A DNA stretch of 63,850 bases, the filler included, from Squatina squatina (Eukaryota): assembly GCA_031763465.1 (NCBI GenBank). It is 4 parts of 4 records of this genome, joined end to end, with 100 filler letters (N's around TTAATTAATTAA, not from the genome) between each part and the next. Parts side by side here need not be neighbours in the genome. Positions count along the whole stretch, not along the records: positions 13,612 to 28,555 come from JARFOE010645217.1; 3 more parts are not named here. One strand, 5' to 3'. The notes beneath the pieces are model-generated. The model searched no databases. It was not told the DNA's origin and saw only the letters and a program-made list of their open reading frames with translations. A program made the position numbers and the translations under genes. Positions 13,612 through 23,401 of the stretch are shown here, in pieces (position 1 is the first letter of the stretch; every line of letters begins with the position of its first letter).

Positions 13612-15420
13612 CCATCCATTGTGTTGTCTGTTGCATGCAAACATTTTTGTTGGCATATTCTTCAAGCTTCTATTTCCCCTTTCGACTGCTCCCAAACTGT
13701 CTGTAATAAGCCTGTCAAGGCGTGTTATCTAGCTCTCCATGGTATAAATATGTTGAGGTCACCTGCCCTTGTAGTTTACGCCTTCCTGCTGTCATGATGA
13801 TGTTTACCGGGATAATAGGAGGAGCCACAGGATTCAAACTCGAACTCTCCTCGTGCTGCCCATACAGCAACTTTTCTTATTTGAAGTCATCCCGTTCTGC
13901 TTCTGGTGTGGATTCTCTAACAGCTGGAGCAACAGCACAGAGCACTGCCTCCTGCCTTTTTAGCTGAGTATGTAATTTACAGATACTAGCCTCTCACTGG
14001 CTTTGGTGCGCCACCCTGTTTGGTTGTTGGCAAACTTCTCTTAATGCCCCTCGAGCATCACCCTCCTGTTCCCTTAAGTGCTCGTTCTCTTTTTGACCTC
14101 AGCCAGATCTCTCCCTGTGTCTGACAGAGCCTCACAATCACTGCTTGCCTGCACGGCTGACACCGCTTGGCGCTGGATTATTGTTACTTGCGCTTCCAAC
14201 TCCAGAACCTTTTGCTTTAAGTGATTCACCTTCTCCTCCACACCCTCCCTTATTTGTACGTAGCACAGCATAGGATAGGACCTCAATCTTAGTGCCCATT
14301 TTATTTTAAATTTCTTCTCCGCCACCTTTTTCTGTGTGAAGCACACCACATCCTTCAAATAATCTGTTTGGATTCACTCAAGCACTCCGATACGAGGAAT
14401 TGCACATCCTTTTTCGGTACATAGGCTTTTCTCATTTTCATAAATCCCTCCTTTAATTAGGAACCTGCAGGTAGGACTTATCATCCTCCTACACAATTCT
14501 ACACACGCAGTCAGTACACCCACTGACATTAAAACTACAGCAGTTACTAGCACGTCCCAACATTCAGTTACCAACGTGTCTGCATTTTAAACCGAGGAGG
14601 CCCCTTACCTGAGCTCTCCACATCTATACTTCCGACCGGCGACATTCACGACATATGATTATTTTGCTCAATTTAAAGCACACATCTGCTTATCTTGATC
14701 AGATCTTATTTTTGACTTAAAAACATACTCAGTCCCTTTAACAGACTCTTAACTCTTACTATAAGCAGTCCATTTACTGGATTCTTAACATGCTAATCGG
14801 TCGTTCTATCAGATTTTTAACTCTTATTGATTCCTAGTAATTCCTGAGAAATACAACATTTCAGTCTCATCTGGTGTGTCAGTTTTCTTGGCATTATCTT
14901 TCTATCCATTCATGATTGCTTGACTTAAATATAACCTACTAGGTACAACCATATCAAATACTTCTAATGTCAAGCAAAAGAATATTTTTATTACCAAACC
15001 CTAGAAACTATAAACATGGATAGGACAGCAGATATTGCACAGTTACGAATCATCCACTTGAACAAAGCCTGCTTATTTTCTTGACGTTGTTGTCTGCAGA
15101 CACTACCTTCAGGGCCCAGCGGTGATGTTTACTGCATGCTCGCTCTTCTTTCTCTCTTGCACCTGGTGTCATGTAGCTGTTTACTTTTCTTGTAGCTGTT
15201 TCCTCCAACTCTTTTCTTCTGATTCAGCACCTGAGCCTATGTCGATCTCGCCTGAGCCTGTGTCTCTTCGGTTCCTCTTATGTGTCTGAGTCTGAGTCTG
15301 TTAAACCTACCTGATGGTCTGCATTTATAACAAGAAGTTAGTTTCAGTTTAGTTTCTCTTCTCAAAAACACCTTTGATTTCGATCATGTTATTTCCAGCA
15401 ATTGAAGTCCAGCTCCAAGA
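13612..15420 (-). mobile_element. Possible decayed ERV/LTR retroelement (gag-like remnant plus LTR-like segment)
   Basis: Minus strand has a coiled-coil stretch (EEKVNHLKQKVLELEAQV), a Pro-rich PVAPPIIPV and a frameshifted FIPWR resembling the start of a retroviral capsid. Minus-strand TATAAA near 15327 and AATAAA near 14990. No PBS or pol seen. Confidence 0.35.
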
Positions 15421-16488
15421 AATGATCAGATTTCTTCCAAGAGTTCGATCATGTGACTTCCAATAATTGGCTGACGATCAAATATAACTTTAAAATACAG
15501 AATCCACTTTGTCTTTTAAACGCCATTATGAACTTAAAAAATACATTGAACAGGTGGGAAATGAATAAACCCAATACAATACCTCCAAGCACTAAATTCC
15601 ATCCAGCTATTCATAGACTAGACGCTATTCCCTGTTGATTGTTCTGTCGAATAATAACGGGTTGAAATGTAATGTGCGAACAGAGTGACATATTTGATTG
15701 TCCTTAAGATAGATTCCAAACATCTTTCACGATTGTTATGAGCTTGAAAAACGCACCAATAATGCTATAAAGAGTTATACCTACAGGCAGATGATCAGAC
15801 CAGCATTGACTGTAGATCTTTGGAGGCCAGAGGACCCGCCAGTCCACATCCTTCCGACTGCAGTGCTGTCACCTTTTGTCAATATGTGTTTTGCAGTTCT
15901 TGTTCTGCTCAGTAAATTCCCATGAATGCAGTGGCTTTGAAGCCTGTACCTCACAATATTCTCCTTGAGTTTCTCAAGCAGTCTCCCAAGTTATATCTGT
16001 CGCTGAAGCATGTTAATTGGTACGATCGACAGTTGTGGCAGGTGACCTTGATGGATGCGGATCCAACGGCGAGAATGGGAGTCCCGTGGAATTCAATTTT
16101 GAGCTGGGGATTGCAGACGGGTCTGGTGGAGTCCAGCGGAGATGCAATTCATTCAATGCTCATTTTTGCAAGATGTATAATTGCTCAAAGAAGGAAGGCT
16201 TTGATGTTGAAGTGGGTGAGATTCAACCTAAATCTCTGTTTTTAATATGAGCTGAAAGATCAGTAAAAGAGTCCGTGGGTGACAGATGCATAATTGAGTT
16301 TAAGGACCATGTTTTATGATCAATATATAAAGCAGACTAGATCATCATATGTTTCAGCAGATAAATTGAAATTCAGGATTTGATGTGTTTCAGAAATGAT
16401 TAGGCAGATGTAGAATGGGTTTGTATGAAACAATGAAATGATCCCGATGTGTAAACGTTTTTAATGTTCAATACCTTTTAAAAACTTA

Positions 16489-16935
16489 GGGAGCACGCTC
16501 ACCTCTGTGTCAGAGGTTTGTGGGTTTAGGTCCAGCTCCAGGGACCTGAGCGCCTATAAATCTACGCTGACATTCCAGTGCAGTGCTGAGGGAGCACAGC
16601 ACTGTCCGAGGTGGCGTCTTTTGGATGAGATATTAATCCGAGACCGCCTCTGCTCTCTCAGGCAGAAGGAAAATATCCCCCGGTGCTATTTAGAAGAAGA
16701 TCAGGGAAGTTACAACTGGTATGATGGTCACTATTCATCCCTCAACCAACATATCAACACAGATTAGCTCATCATTATCATATTGCTGTTTGTGGGAGCT
16801 TGCTGTGCCCAACTTGGCTGCTGCGTGCCCCACATTACACGTGATTCCACTCCAAAACCACTTCATTGTCTGGAAAGCACTTTGAGACGCTCAGTGGTCA
16901 TGAAGGAAGCTACATGAATGCAATTTCTTGTTTTT
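16489..16935 (+). mobile_element. tRNA-derived Deu-domain SINE (SacSINE1-like)
   Basis: Head CTCACCTCTGTGTCAGAGGTTTGTGGGTTTAGGTCC, core GCAGTGCTGAGGGAGCACAGCACTGTCCGAGGTGGCGTCTTTTGGATGAG, and an L2-like tail. Confidence 0.8.
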
Positions 16936-17916
16936 TTTACTTTGCGGTATTCAGGATAAAAAACCCAGCTGACTGTAACAAAATTACTGAGGATAAGAAA
17001 ATCCGATCTTATTTTCCCGTCTAATATTCAGTGCACAACTAGAAAGCAACAGGTGATAAAACACAATGATAAATCTCTTTTATTGCTGTTCAGATACTTT
17101 ACAAAAGCGTTCAGTGGCTCTTTTCCTTTTGGATAAGTCGTCTGATTTCGATTCTAATAATTACATTTAGGGGAAGATTACCTGTTCAATTATAAGTACT
17201 TTTTTTTATAATTCAGTGGTCATCCTTTGTGATGCTATTGGGAAAATCTTCCTTTCAATGAGCAACATTTTGTGTAATTCAGTTTCAATGCTGAAAAGGC
17301 AATCTTTAACACACGTGTTTCAGCCCAGTTATCTTTATTGCTGCAGTGCAGTTGTAGTTATTACATAGAATTTTCAGATTCCATCCATACATTTTAAGTA
17401 CAATTCCCTGTGTTTACTTCACGCCATGGTGCAGATTGCGTATTTTGCAGTGGCTTTCATTTTCAGGTTTAAATATAATGGATATTCTAAACCCGAGCAG
17501 GAATCCAAGCGGGAATCGCCCTCCCTCAAGCAGTGGCATGGAAGCGAATGGCAACACAACAAATTTTGACTGATCCTGGGAGACGAAGGTTTCCTGAGAG
17601 GTTCTGGTCCTTTGTGTCTCTGGCACCTCGGGCGGTGCTGTTGTATGCTGGGCTGAACATTAAACTCATTTAAACTCTCATTGATCAAACTTCTGATAAT
17701 TTCATGTTGTATTTATCTCCATTACACTTACTGTTTCCAAACTATATTACAGATTGTTTCTCACAAAGAAATCTCTAATCAGGTCCACAGGTAATATAAT
17801 TAGATTATATCATCGACTGTCACTCATGAGTTGCAGATTTCAGCCAGATTTCCATCCACTGCTCTCCTGCTCCCAGGCTGATTATTAATTTCCCTGTTTA
17901 TTTCCCTTCCTCACAG

Positions 17917-18818
17917 TTAACTTACTGACGATTGTGATCCTGTCTCGGGGAATGTGCGGTCTCTCCAAATGTGTCACTCGCTACCTGGTGGCCATGGCAG
18001 CGGCGGATCTACTGGTCATTGTACTGGACCTGATATTGAGGCACATTCCGATTGTTTACGAGGATCAGTTTTACTTCCTGCCGTCCATCCGCGTGTGTAA
18101 TATCCACGCCGTCCTGGTTTACGCAGCCACAGACTGTTCTGTCTGGTTCACCGTCACTTTCACCTTTGATCGATTTGTGGCCATTTGTTGTCAGAAGCTG
18201 AAAACTAAATATTCTACCGCGAAAATGGCGGCAGTGGTTCTGGGAACAGTGACTGTGCTGAGCTGTTTAAAGAACATTTTCTGGTATTTTCTGATGACAG
18301 ATCAATATTCACTTGCGAACCAACCCTGGTTTTGTTATTCAATGCGGGAACCCAAGATGTATGAGTTCTGGGCAGGAATCGAGTTCCTTCATAATCTCCT
18401 CACGCCATGTGTCCCATTTGTTGTGATTCTCCTGCTCAATGCTCTCACTGTCAGACACATTTTAGTTTCCAGCAGAGCCCGCAGGAGACTCCGGGGTCCC
18501 AGCAGTGGGGAGAGTCCCAGAGACCCAGAGATGGAGAGCCGCAGGAAATCCATCATTTTACTGCTTGTTATCTCCGCCAATTTCATCCTGTTATGGGCGC
18601 TGATTATCCTGTTTTCTATATGGAATCTGATGGGCAGTTTCAGGTTATATTCTTTTATTGTTCCTGATTCGGTAATGGAGCTGGGATTCATGCTGCAGCT
18701 GCTGAGTTGCTGCACTAACACTGTTATTTATGCCGTGACCCAGACTAAGTTCAGAGAGCAGTTGAAGAATGCGATGAAATATCCCTTTACTCTTATTGTG
18801 ACAGTCATTAAACGATGA
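17917..18818 (+). CDS. Class A GPCR, GPR139/GPR142-like; large terminal exon from mid-TM1 to stop
   Basis: Pyrimidine tract and CACAG acceptor ending at 17916, then an open frame NLLTIVILSRG..YLVAMAAADLL..FTFDRFVAICC..PCVPF..LLNALTVRHIL..CCTNTVIYAVTQTKFR ending TGA at 18816-18818. The upstream exon was not found. Confidence 0.93.
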
Positions 18819-18904
18819 GAAGAGAAGACCTTGCAGCTCCAGACTCCCTGTGACCTGAGTTTGTGAGGGAGTCACACTCCCCCGGCCCACGCGACTAGTG
18901 ATCC

Positions 18905-20065
18905 AACCTGCACCAAGATGGGGGAACTCCCGCCCTGCACACAGATGGGGAAACTCCCGCCCTGCACACAGATGGGGGAACTCCCGCCCTGAAAACAGAT
19001 GGGGGAACTTTCGCCCTGCACCAAGATGGGGAAACTCCAGCCCTGCAGACAGATGGGGGAACTCCCGCCTTGCAGCATGATGGGGGAACCTCCACGCTGC
19101 AACGTGATGGGGGAAATTCCCGCCGTGCACACAGATGCGTGAACTCCCACCCTGCACCAAGATTGGGAAACTCCCGCCATGCAGCACATCAAGGTTTCCC
19201 TCCTTGCAGCAAGATGGCGAACTCCTGCCCTGCACCAAAAGGCGGAACACCCACTTTGATTCAAGGTGCCAGCTTTGGCGTCATGCTGTAATATCGTGGG
19301 TCTGGTCGCCTGCACTAAGATAGCAGTTCTGATGACCTGCACGAACATGGCGGTTTTGGTGCCCTGTACTAAGATGGCAGTTCTGATGACCTGCACTAAG
19401 ATAGTGGCTCTTGTCCCCGGCACCACGATGGCAGTTCTGATGTCCTGCTCTAATATGATGGCTTTGGTCCCCTGCACTAATATGGCAGTTCTGATGACCT
19501 GCACTTAGATGACAGTTCTGATGACCTGCTCTAAGATAGCGGCTCTGGTCCCCTCCTCTCAGATGGCAGTTCTGATGACCTGCTCTAAGATAGCGGCTCT
19601 GGTCCCCTCCTCTAAGATGGCAGTTCTGATGACCTGCACTAACATGGCAGCTTTGGTCCCCTGCACAAAAATGGCAGTTCTGATGACCTGCTGTAATATG
19701 GTGGCTCTGGTCCCCTGCAGCAAGATAGTGGCTCTTGTCCCCTGCACTAAGATGGCAGTTCCGATGACCTGCACCAAAATGGCGGCTTGGGTCCCTGCAC
19801 GAAGATGGCAGATATGATGACCTGCACTAATATGGCACCTCCGGTTCCCTGCACTACATTCGCTGCTCTGGTCCCCTGCATTGAGTTGGCAGTTCTGATG
19901 ACCTGCACAAACATGGCAGCTTTGGTCCCCTGCACTATGTTAGCAGCGCTGGTCCCCTGCACTAAGGTGGCAGTTCTGATGAGCTGCACGAGCATGGCGG
20001 CTTTGGTCCACACAACTAATATTGTACCTTTTCTCCCCTGCTGTAAGTTGGCGGCCCTGGTGATC
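18905..20065. repeat. Composite 27-bp minisatellite (about 40 units) with core CCTGCAC(T/C)AAGATGG
   Basis: Variant 1 CCTGCACACAGATGGGGGAACTCCCGC at about 18905-19240, then largely alternating CTGCACTAAGATGGCAGTTCTGATGAC and CTGCACTAAGATGGCGGCTCTGGTCCC. The ORF track shows 9-aa periodicity. Confidence 0.95.
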
Positions 20066-20085
20066 GCCATTAATGCGGCTGCTCT

Positions 20086-20608
20086 ACAAAAGCAAAATGC
20101 TGCGGATGCTGCAATCTAGAATTTAAACAAAAGAGGCTGGAAAATCTCTGCAGGTCAGGCAGCATCTGTGGAGAGAAAAACTGAGTCAACGTTTCGGTTC
20201 AATGACCCTTTGTCAGAACTGAAAAATCCGGAAATGCAGCAAGTGTTAAAGCATTGACAGAGGAAGGGGTGGGTGGTGAGCGAAGAGCAAAGTGTAACAT
20301 AATAGTGTGATTGTGTGCAAGGCAGAAGAGATGAAGAGAAGATGCAAGGCAGTCAGAGGTGGTAATGGCAGCATTACAAAGCGCATTACATCTAGATAGG
20401 GTTGTAAACAGGAGGTAAAAACAGTAACAGCCATGAGAGGGAAAGGTAAATAGGCCTGATTTTAAATGATGAAAATAAAACAATGAAAAATGAAACGGCA
20501 GATCTTATGCTCTTCAATTGTTGAAATCAATGTTGAGTCTGGAAGGCTGTAAGAGCCTGATGGAAGAATGATGAGGTGCTGTTCCTGGAGCTTGCGTTGA
20601 AGTTCAAT
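20086..20608 (-). mobile_element. Penelope-like element 3' fragment (endonuclease C-terminus plus terminal repeat)
   Basis: Minus strand QRKLQEQHLI.. resembles the PLE C-terminal RKLEEQHLIFRLG motif. The end reads TCTCCACAGATGCTGCCTGACCTG..TTCCAGC..CAGCATCCGCAGCATTTTGCTTTTG. Confidence 0.75.
20184..20220 (-). ncRNA. Degenerate minimal hammerhead-ribozyme-like motif in the Penelope end
   Basis: Minus strand AGTT-CTGACAA-AGGGTCATTGAACC-GAAA-CGTT-GACT: stem I AGTT/GACT, imperfect stem II, palindromic ACGT stem III. The core CUGANGA is mutated to CUGACAA. Confidence 0.55.
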
Positions 20609-20899
20609 GTGGCGGCTCTGGTGGCCTGCACTGAGGTGGCAGCTTTCACTCGGGATCTGTTTCCAGGTGGACCTGTTGTCCGCATTCCCAGAGGATTTGT
20701 CGTGTGGTGACGGGTGATGCGTGTTTAGAAGGCAGCAGGAGATCGGTCCCCGGTTCCCATTGAAGGGAGCGGACATTGAGGAGCAGCAGACCCTCGCGGC
20801 CCTGTGAAGAGCAGGCCCGTCACCAGATTTCCGGGGTGAAAGATGGGGCCACAGAGAGGGAAAATGGGCAAATCGAAAATTGGGGAGAGAAAGCAATGG

Positions 20900-21700
20900 A
20901 TTGAAAAGGTGGAGGTGAGGGGAGAGAGAGAGACAAGTGTGGTGATAAAGACTGGGGGAAACAGAGAAGCACGGATGGGGTGATTGAGACAGCAGGATAA
21001 AGAGGGGAGAACAATAAGGTGGTGGGCAGAGAAGAACAGATTGACGGATAAAAACGGGCAGAGCCAGATAGAGAGAGACCAACAAGACAGGGCGGAGAAA
21101 GGGAGACAGATGGGGAATCGTGACACCGGGAGACAGAGTTATTCCAACTGGGCGGGTGGTGGGACAACATAGAGGGAGAGAGATGGGGGTAAACAGACCT
21201 GGGGAGCCAGAAAGAGATCGCAAAGGCAGGGGCGAAGGGGAAGGGAGACAGAGAGAGCGAGTGAGATAGACAGACTATCGGGTTGCGGCAGACAGAAAGA
21301 GACAGATGGAGTTACAGCAATTGAGGAGAGCAAGAGAGACAAGACAGATAGACAGACTGAGAGATAGGCAAACACGTAGAGAGACAACTGGGTGGGTCAG
21401 GCGGCGAGAGACAGATGGGGATAATGCCGTTGGGGAGAGCGAGAGAGACTGAGAGACAGACAGACAGGGAGGGAGACTGTGGGTGGGGTCTGGAGAGAGA
21501 GACAGATGGGCATACAGCCCTCAGGGAGAGCGAGTGAGGCAGACAGGCAGACAGATCGGCACAGAGACAGACAGAAAGAGAGAATTTGGGAGGAGGAAGG
21601 CAGAGAGAGACAGACGGGGCGATAATGAGATGGAAGTAAGAGTGGGAGACCAACAGGGCGTGGGTGGGTAGACAATGAGAGGAAACATTATAAAGAATGA
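20900..21700. repeat. GA-rich low-complexity region (GAGA/GACA/GATGGG)
   Basis: Strong purine skew and recurrent AGAGACAGAT/GACAGACAG. Confidence 0.8.
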
Positions 21701-21814
21701 GAAATAGTCACAAATCAATCACTTGCATGCTTTCCTGTGACATTATTTCTTGCTTATTTTAAAAATTATTTTAATCGGATTCTCTATGCCTCCTCTTATG
21801 GTCTCGTAGTGTTA

Positions 21815-22660
21815 GACCATAAGACCATAAGAAATAGGAAGTAGAGTGGTTCATTCGGTCTCTCGCTTCTGCTCCGCCATTCAGTATGATCACGGCTGAT
21901 CCAACTTTCTTCAAGTCCACTTTCCTACTCAATCCCCATACCCCTTGTTTCCCTGATTCAGTAACCATCTATCTATCTCAGCTCTAAATGTATTCAAGGA
22001 TTCTGACTAAACAGCTTTCTGTGGCAAGGAATTCCAATGACACACAAAACATTTGAGAGAAGAAATTCTTCCTCATCTCAGTCTTAAATTAGCGCACCTT
22101 TATTCTGAGACTACGCCCTCTGCTCCTCGACATCCCATGAGGGGGATCATCCTCCCAGCATTTATACTTCAAGCCCTCAACGAATCATGTATATTTCCAT
22201 AAGATTGACTCTCATTTTTGTCTTCTCCAATGAGTACAGACAATTAGCCTTCCCAATGCAATGCGGCTCTATGCTCGGTTTCCGTGTTTCCTGTATGAGG
22301 ATCCTCACATCCCTTTGTGCTGCCGCTTTCAGCAGTCGTTCTCCATTTAAATAATCATCTATTTCAGCACTCTTCCTTCCAACGTGAACAAATTCACAAT
22401 TTCCCACGCTATCCTCAATTTGCAATCTTTTTCCCACTCACTTAAACTATCAATATATCTCTGTAAAAAAGTTTGTATCCACCTCACAGCTTACCGTCCC
22501 ACCTAAAGTTGTATCATCTACAAATTTGGCTAAAGTACAATCACTTCCTTCCACTTAAACATTAATATATAAATTGTACTGAGCCCTCGTCCCAGCACTG
22601 ATCCCTGTGGCTCCCCCACTGGTTACAGGTTGCCAAGCTGAAAATAACCCACTTATCACA
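21815..22660 (-). mobile_element. CR1 LINE 3' portion (RT end to 3' UTR), decayed
   Basis: ACCATAAG tail repeats at 21816-21831; minus-strand PQGSVLG and KFVDDT remnants. Confidence 0.85.
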
Positions 22661-22683
22661 TCTCATTTTTCCCAGCCGATCTT

Positions 22684-22790
22684 GCAGTGTTCTTGGGCCT
22701 CTGCTCCTTTGTTATTCACGCTGCCCTCGCAGTGTTCTTGGGCCCCTGCTCCTCCTTTTATTCACGGTGTCTCGCAGTGTTCTCGGCTCT
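22684..22790. repeat. 45-bp tandem repeat (about 2.3 copies) at a junction between oppositely oriented CR1 pieces
   Basis: GCAGTGTTCT recurs at 22684, 22729 and 22774. Confidence 0.8.
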
Positions 22791-22809
22791 CTCTACTCAT
22801 TATATCACT

Positions 22810-23400
22810 GCCATTCATAAAAGAAGGGAGGTTTTGTTTGACTTGTACAAAACACGAGTTAGGCCAGAGCTGGAGCGCTTCCTGCTGTTCTGGGCATCAA
22901 ATTACAGAACGGGTTTGATTACACTGGAGAGGGAAAAGAGGGGATATATTAATGCCTGGAGAAATTTAAAGCATTGACGACAGTTGGGAGGGATTATTTT
23001 GGAACTTAGGAGGCTGCGGTGAGACCACATTGAGTTGTATAAATTTAGAAAAAGCTTTGCTGGAAGAAATAGGATTGACCTTAATCCCTTAGCAGATGGG
23101 TCATTAACCAGGGGTCAAAGATTGGTACAAATGACAGCAACATAGAGGGGAGTTCAGGAGACATTTCTGATTTCTTAGGCTGAGAGTGTTTGGTCTGGAA
23201 CTCACTGCCTGAAGGGCTGGTAGAGGTTAAAACTCTCATAGCTTTTATAATGTACTTGGATATGCGATTGAATTGTCATAACCAACAAGTCTGCTTAAAA
23301 AATCATGCAAAGTGATATTAGGCTGGATAGCTCGCTGGGCCAGCACCAGGACGTTGGGCCGAATGGCCTCCTTACGTGCTGTGAATTTCCATGATTCTGT
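22810..23400 (+). mobile_element. CR1 LINE 3' fragment
   Basis: REVLFDLYKTRVRPELE, and a 3' UTR TTGGGCCGAATGGCCTCCT..TTCCATGATTCTGT. Confidence 0.85.
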
Positions 23401-23401
23401 T

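Noticed and set aside
18645-20119. Many 60-210 aa ORFs on both strands with 9-aa repeats (TCTKMAVLM, PAHRWGNSR, CAGREFPHL)
   Set aside because: They are a by-product of a 27-bp, stop-poor repeat. The frames shift within the array and there is no gene structure.
20462-21718. Leu/Ser/Pro/Cys-rich minus-strand ORFs up to 253 aa
   Set aside because: They are translations of GA/CT low-complexity DNA.
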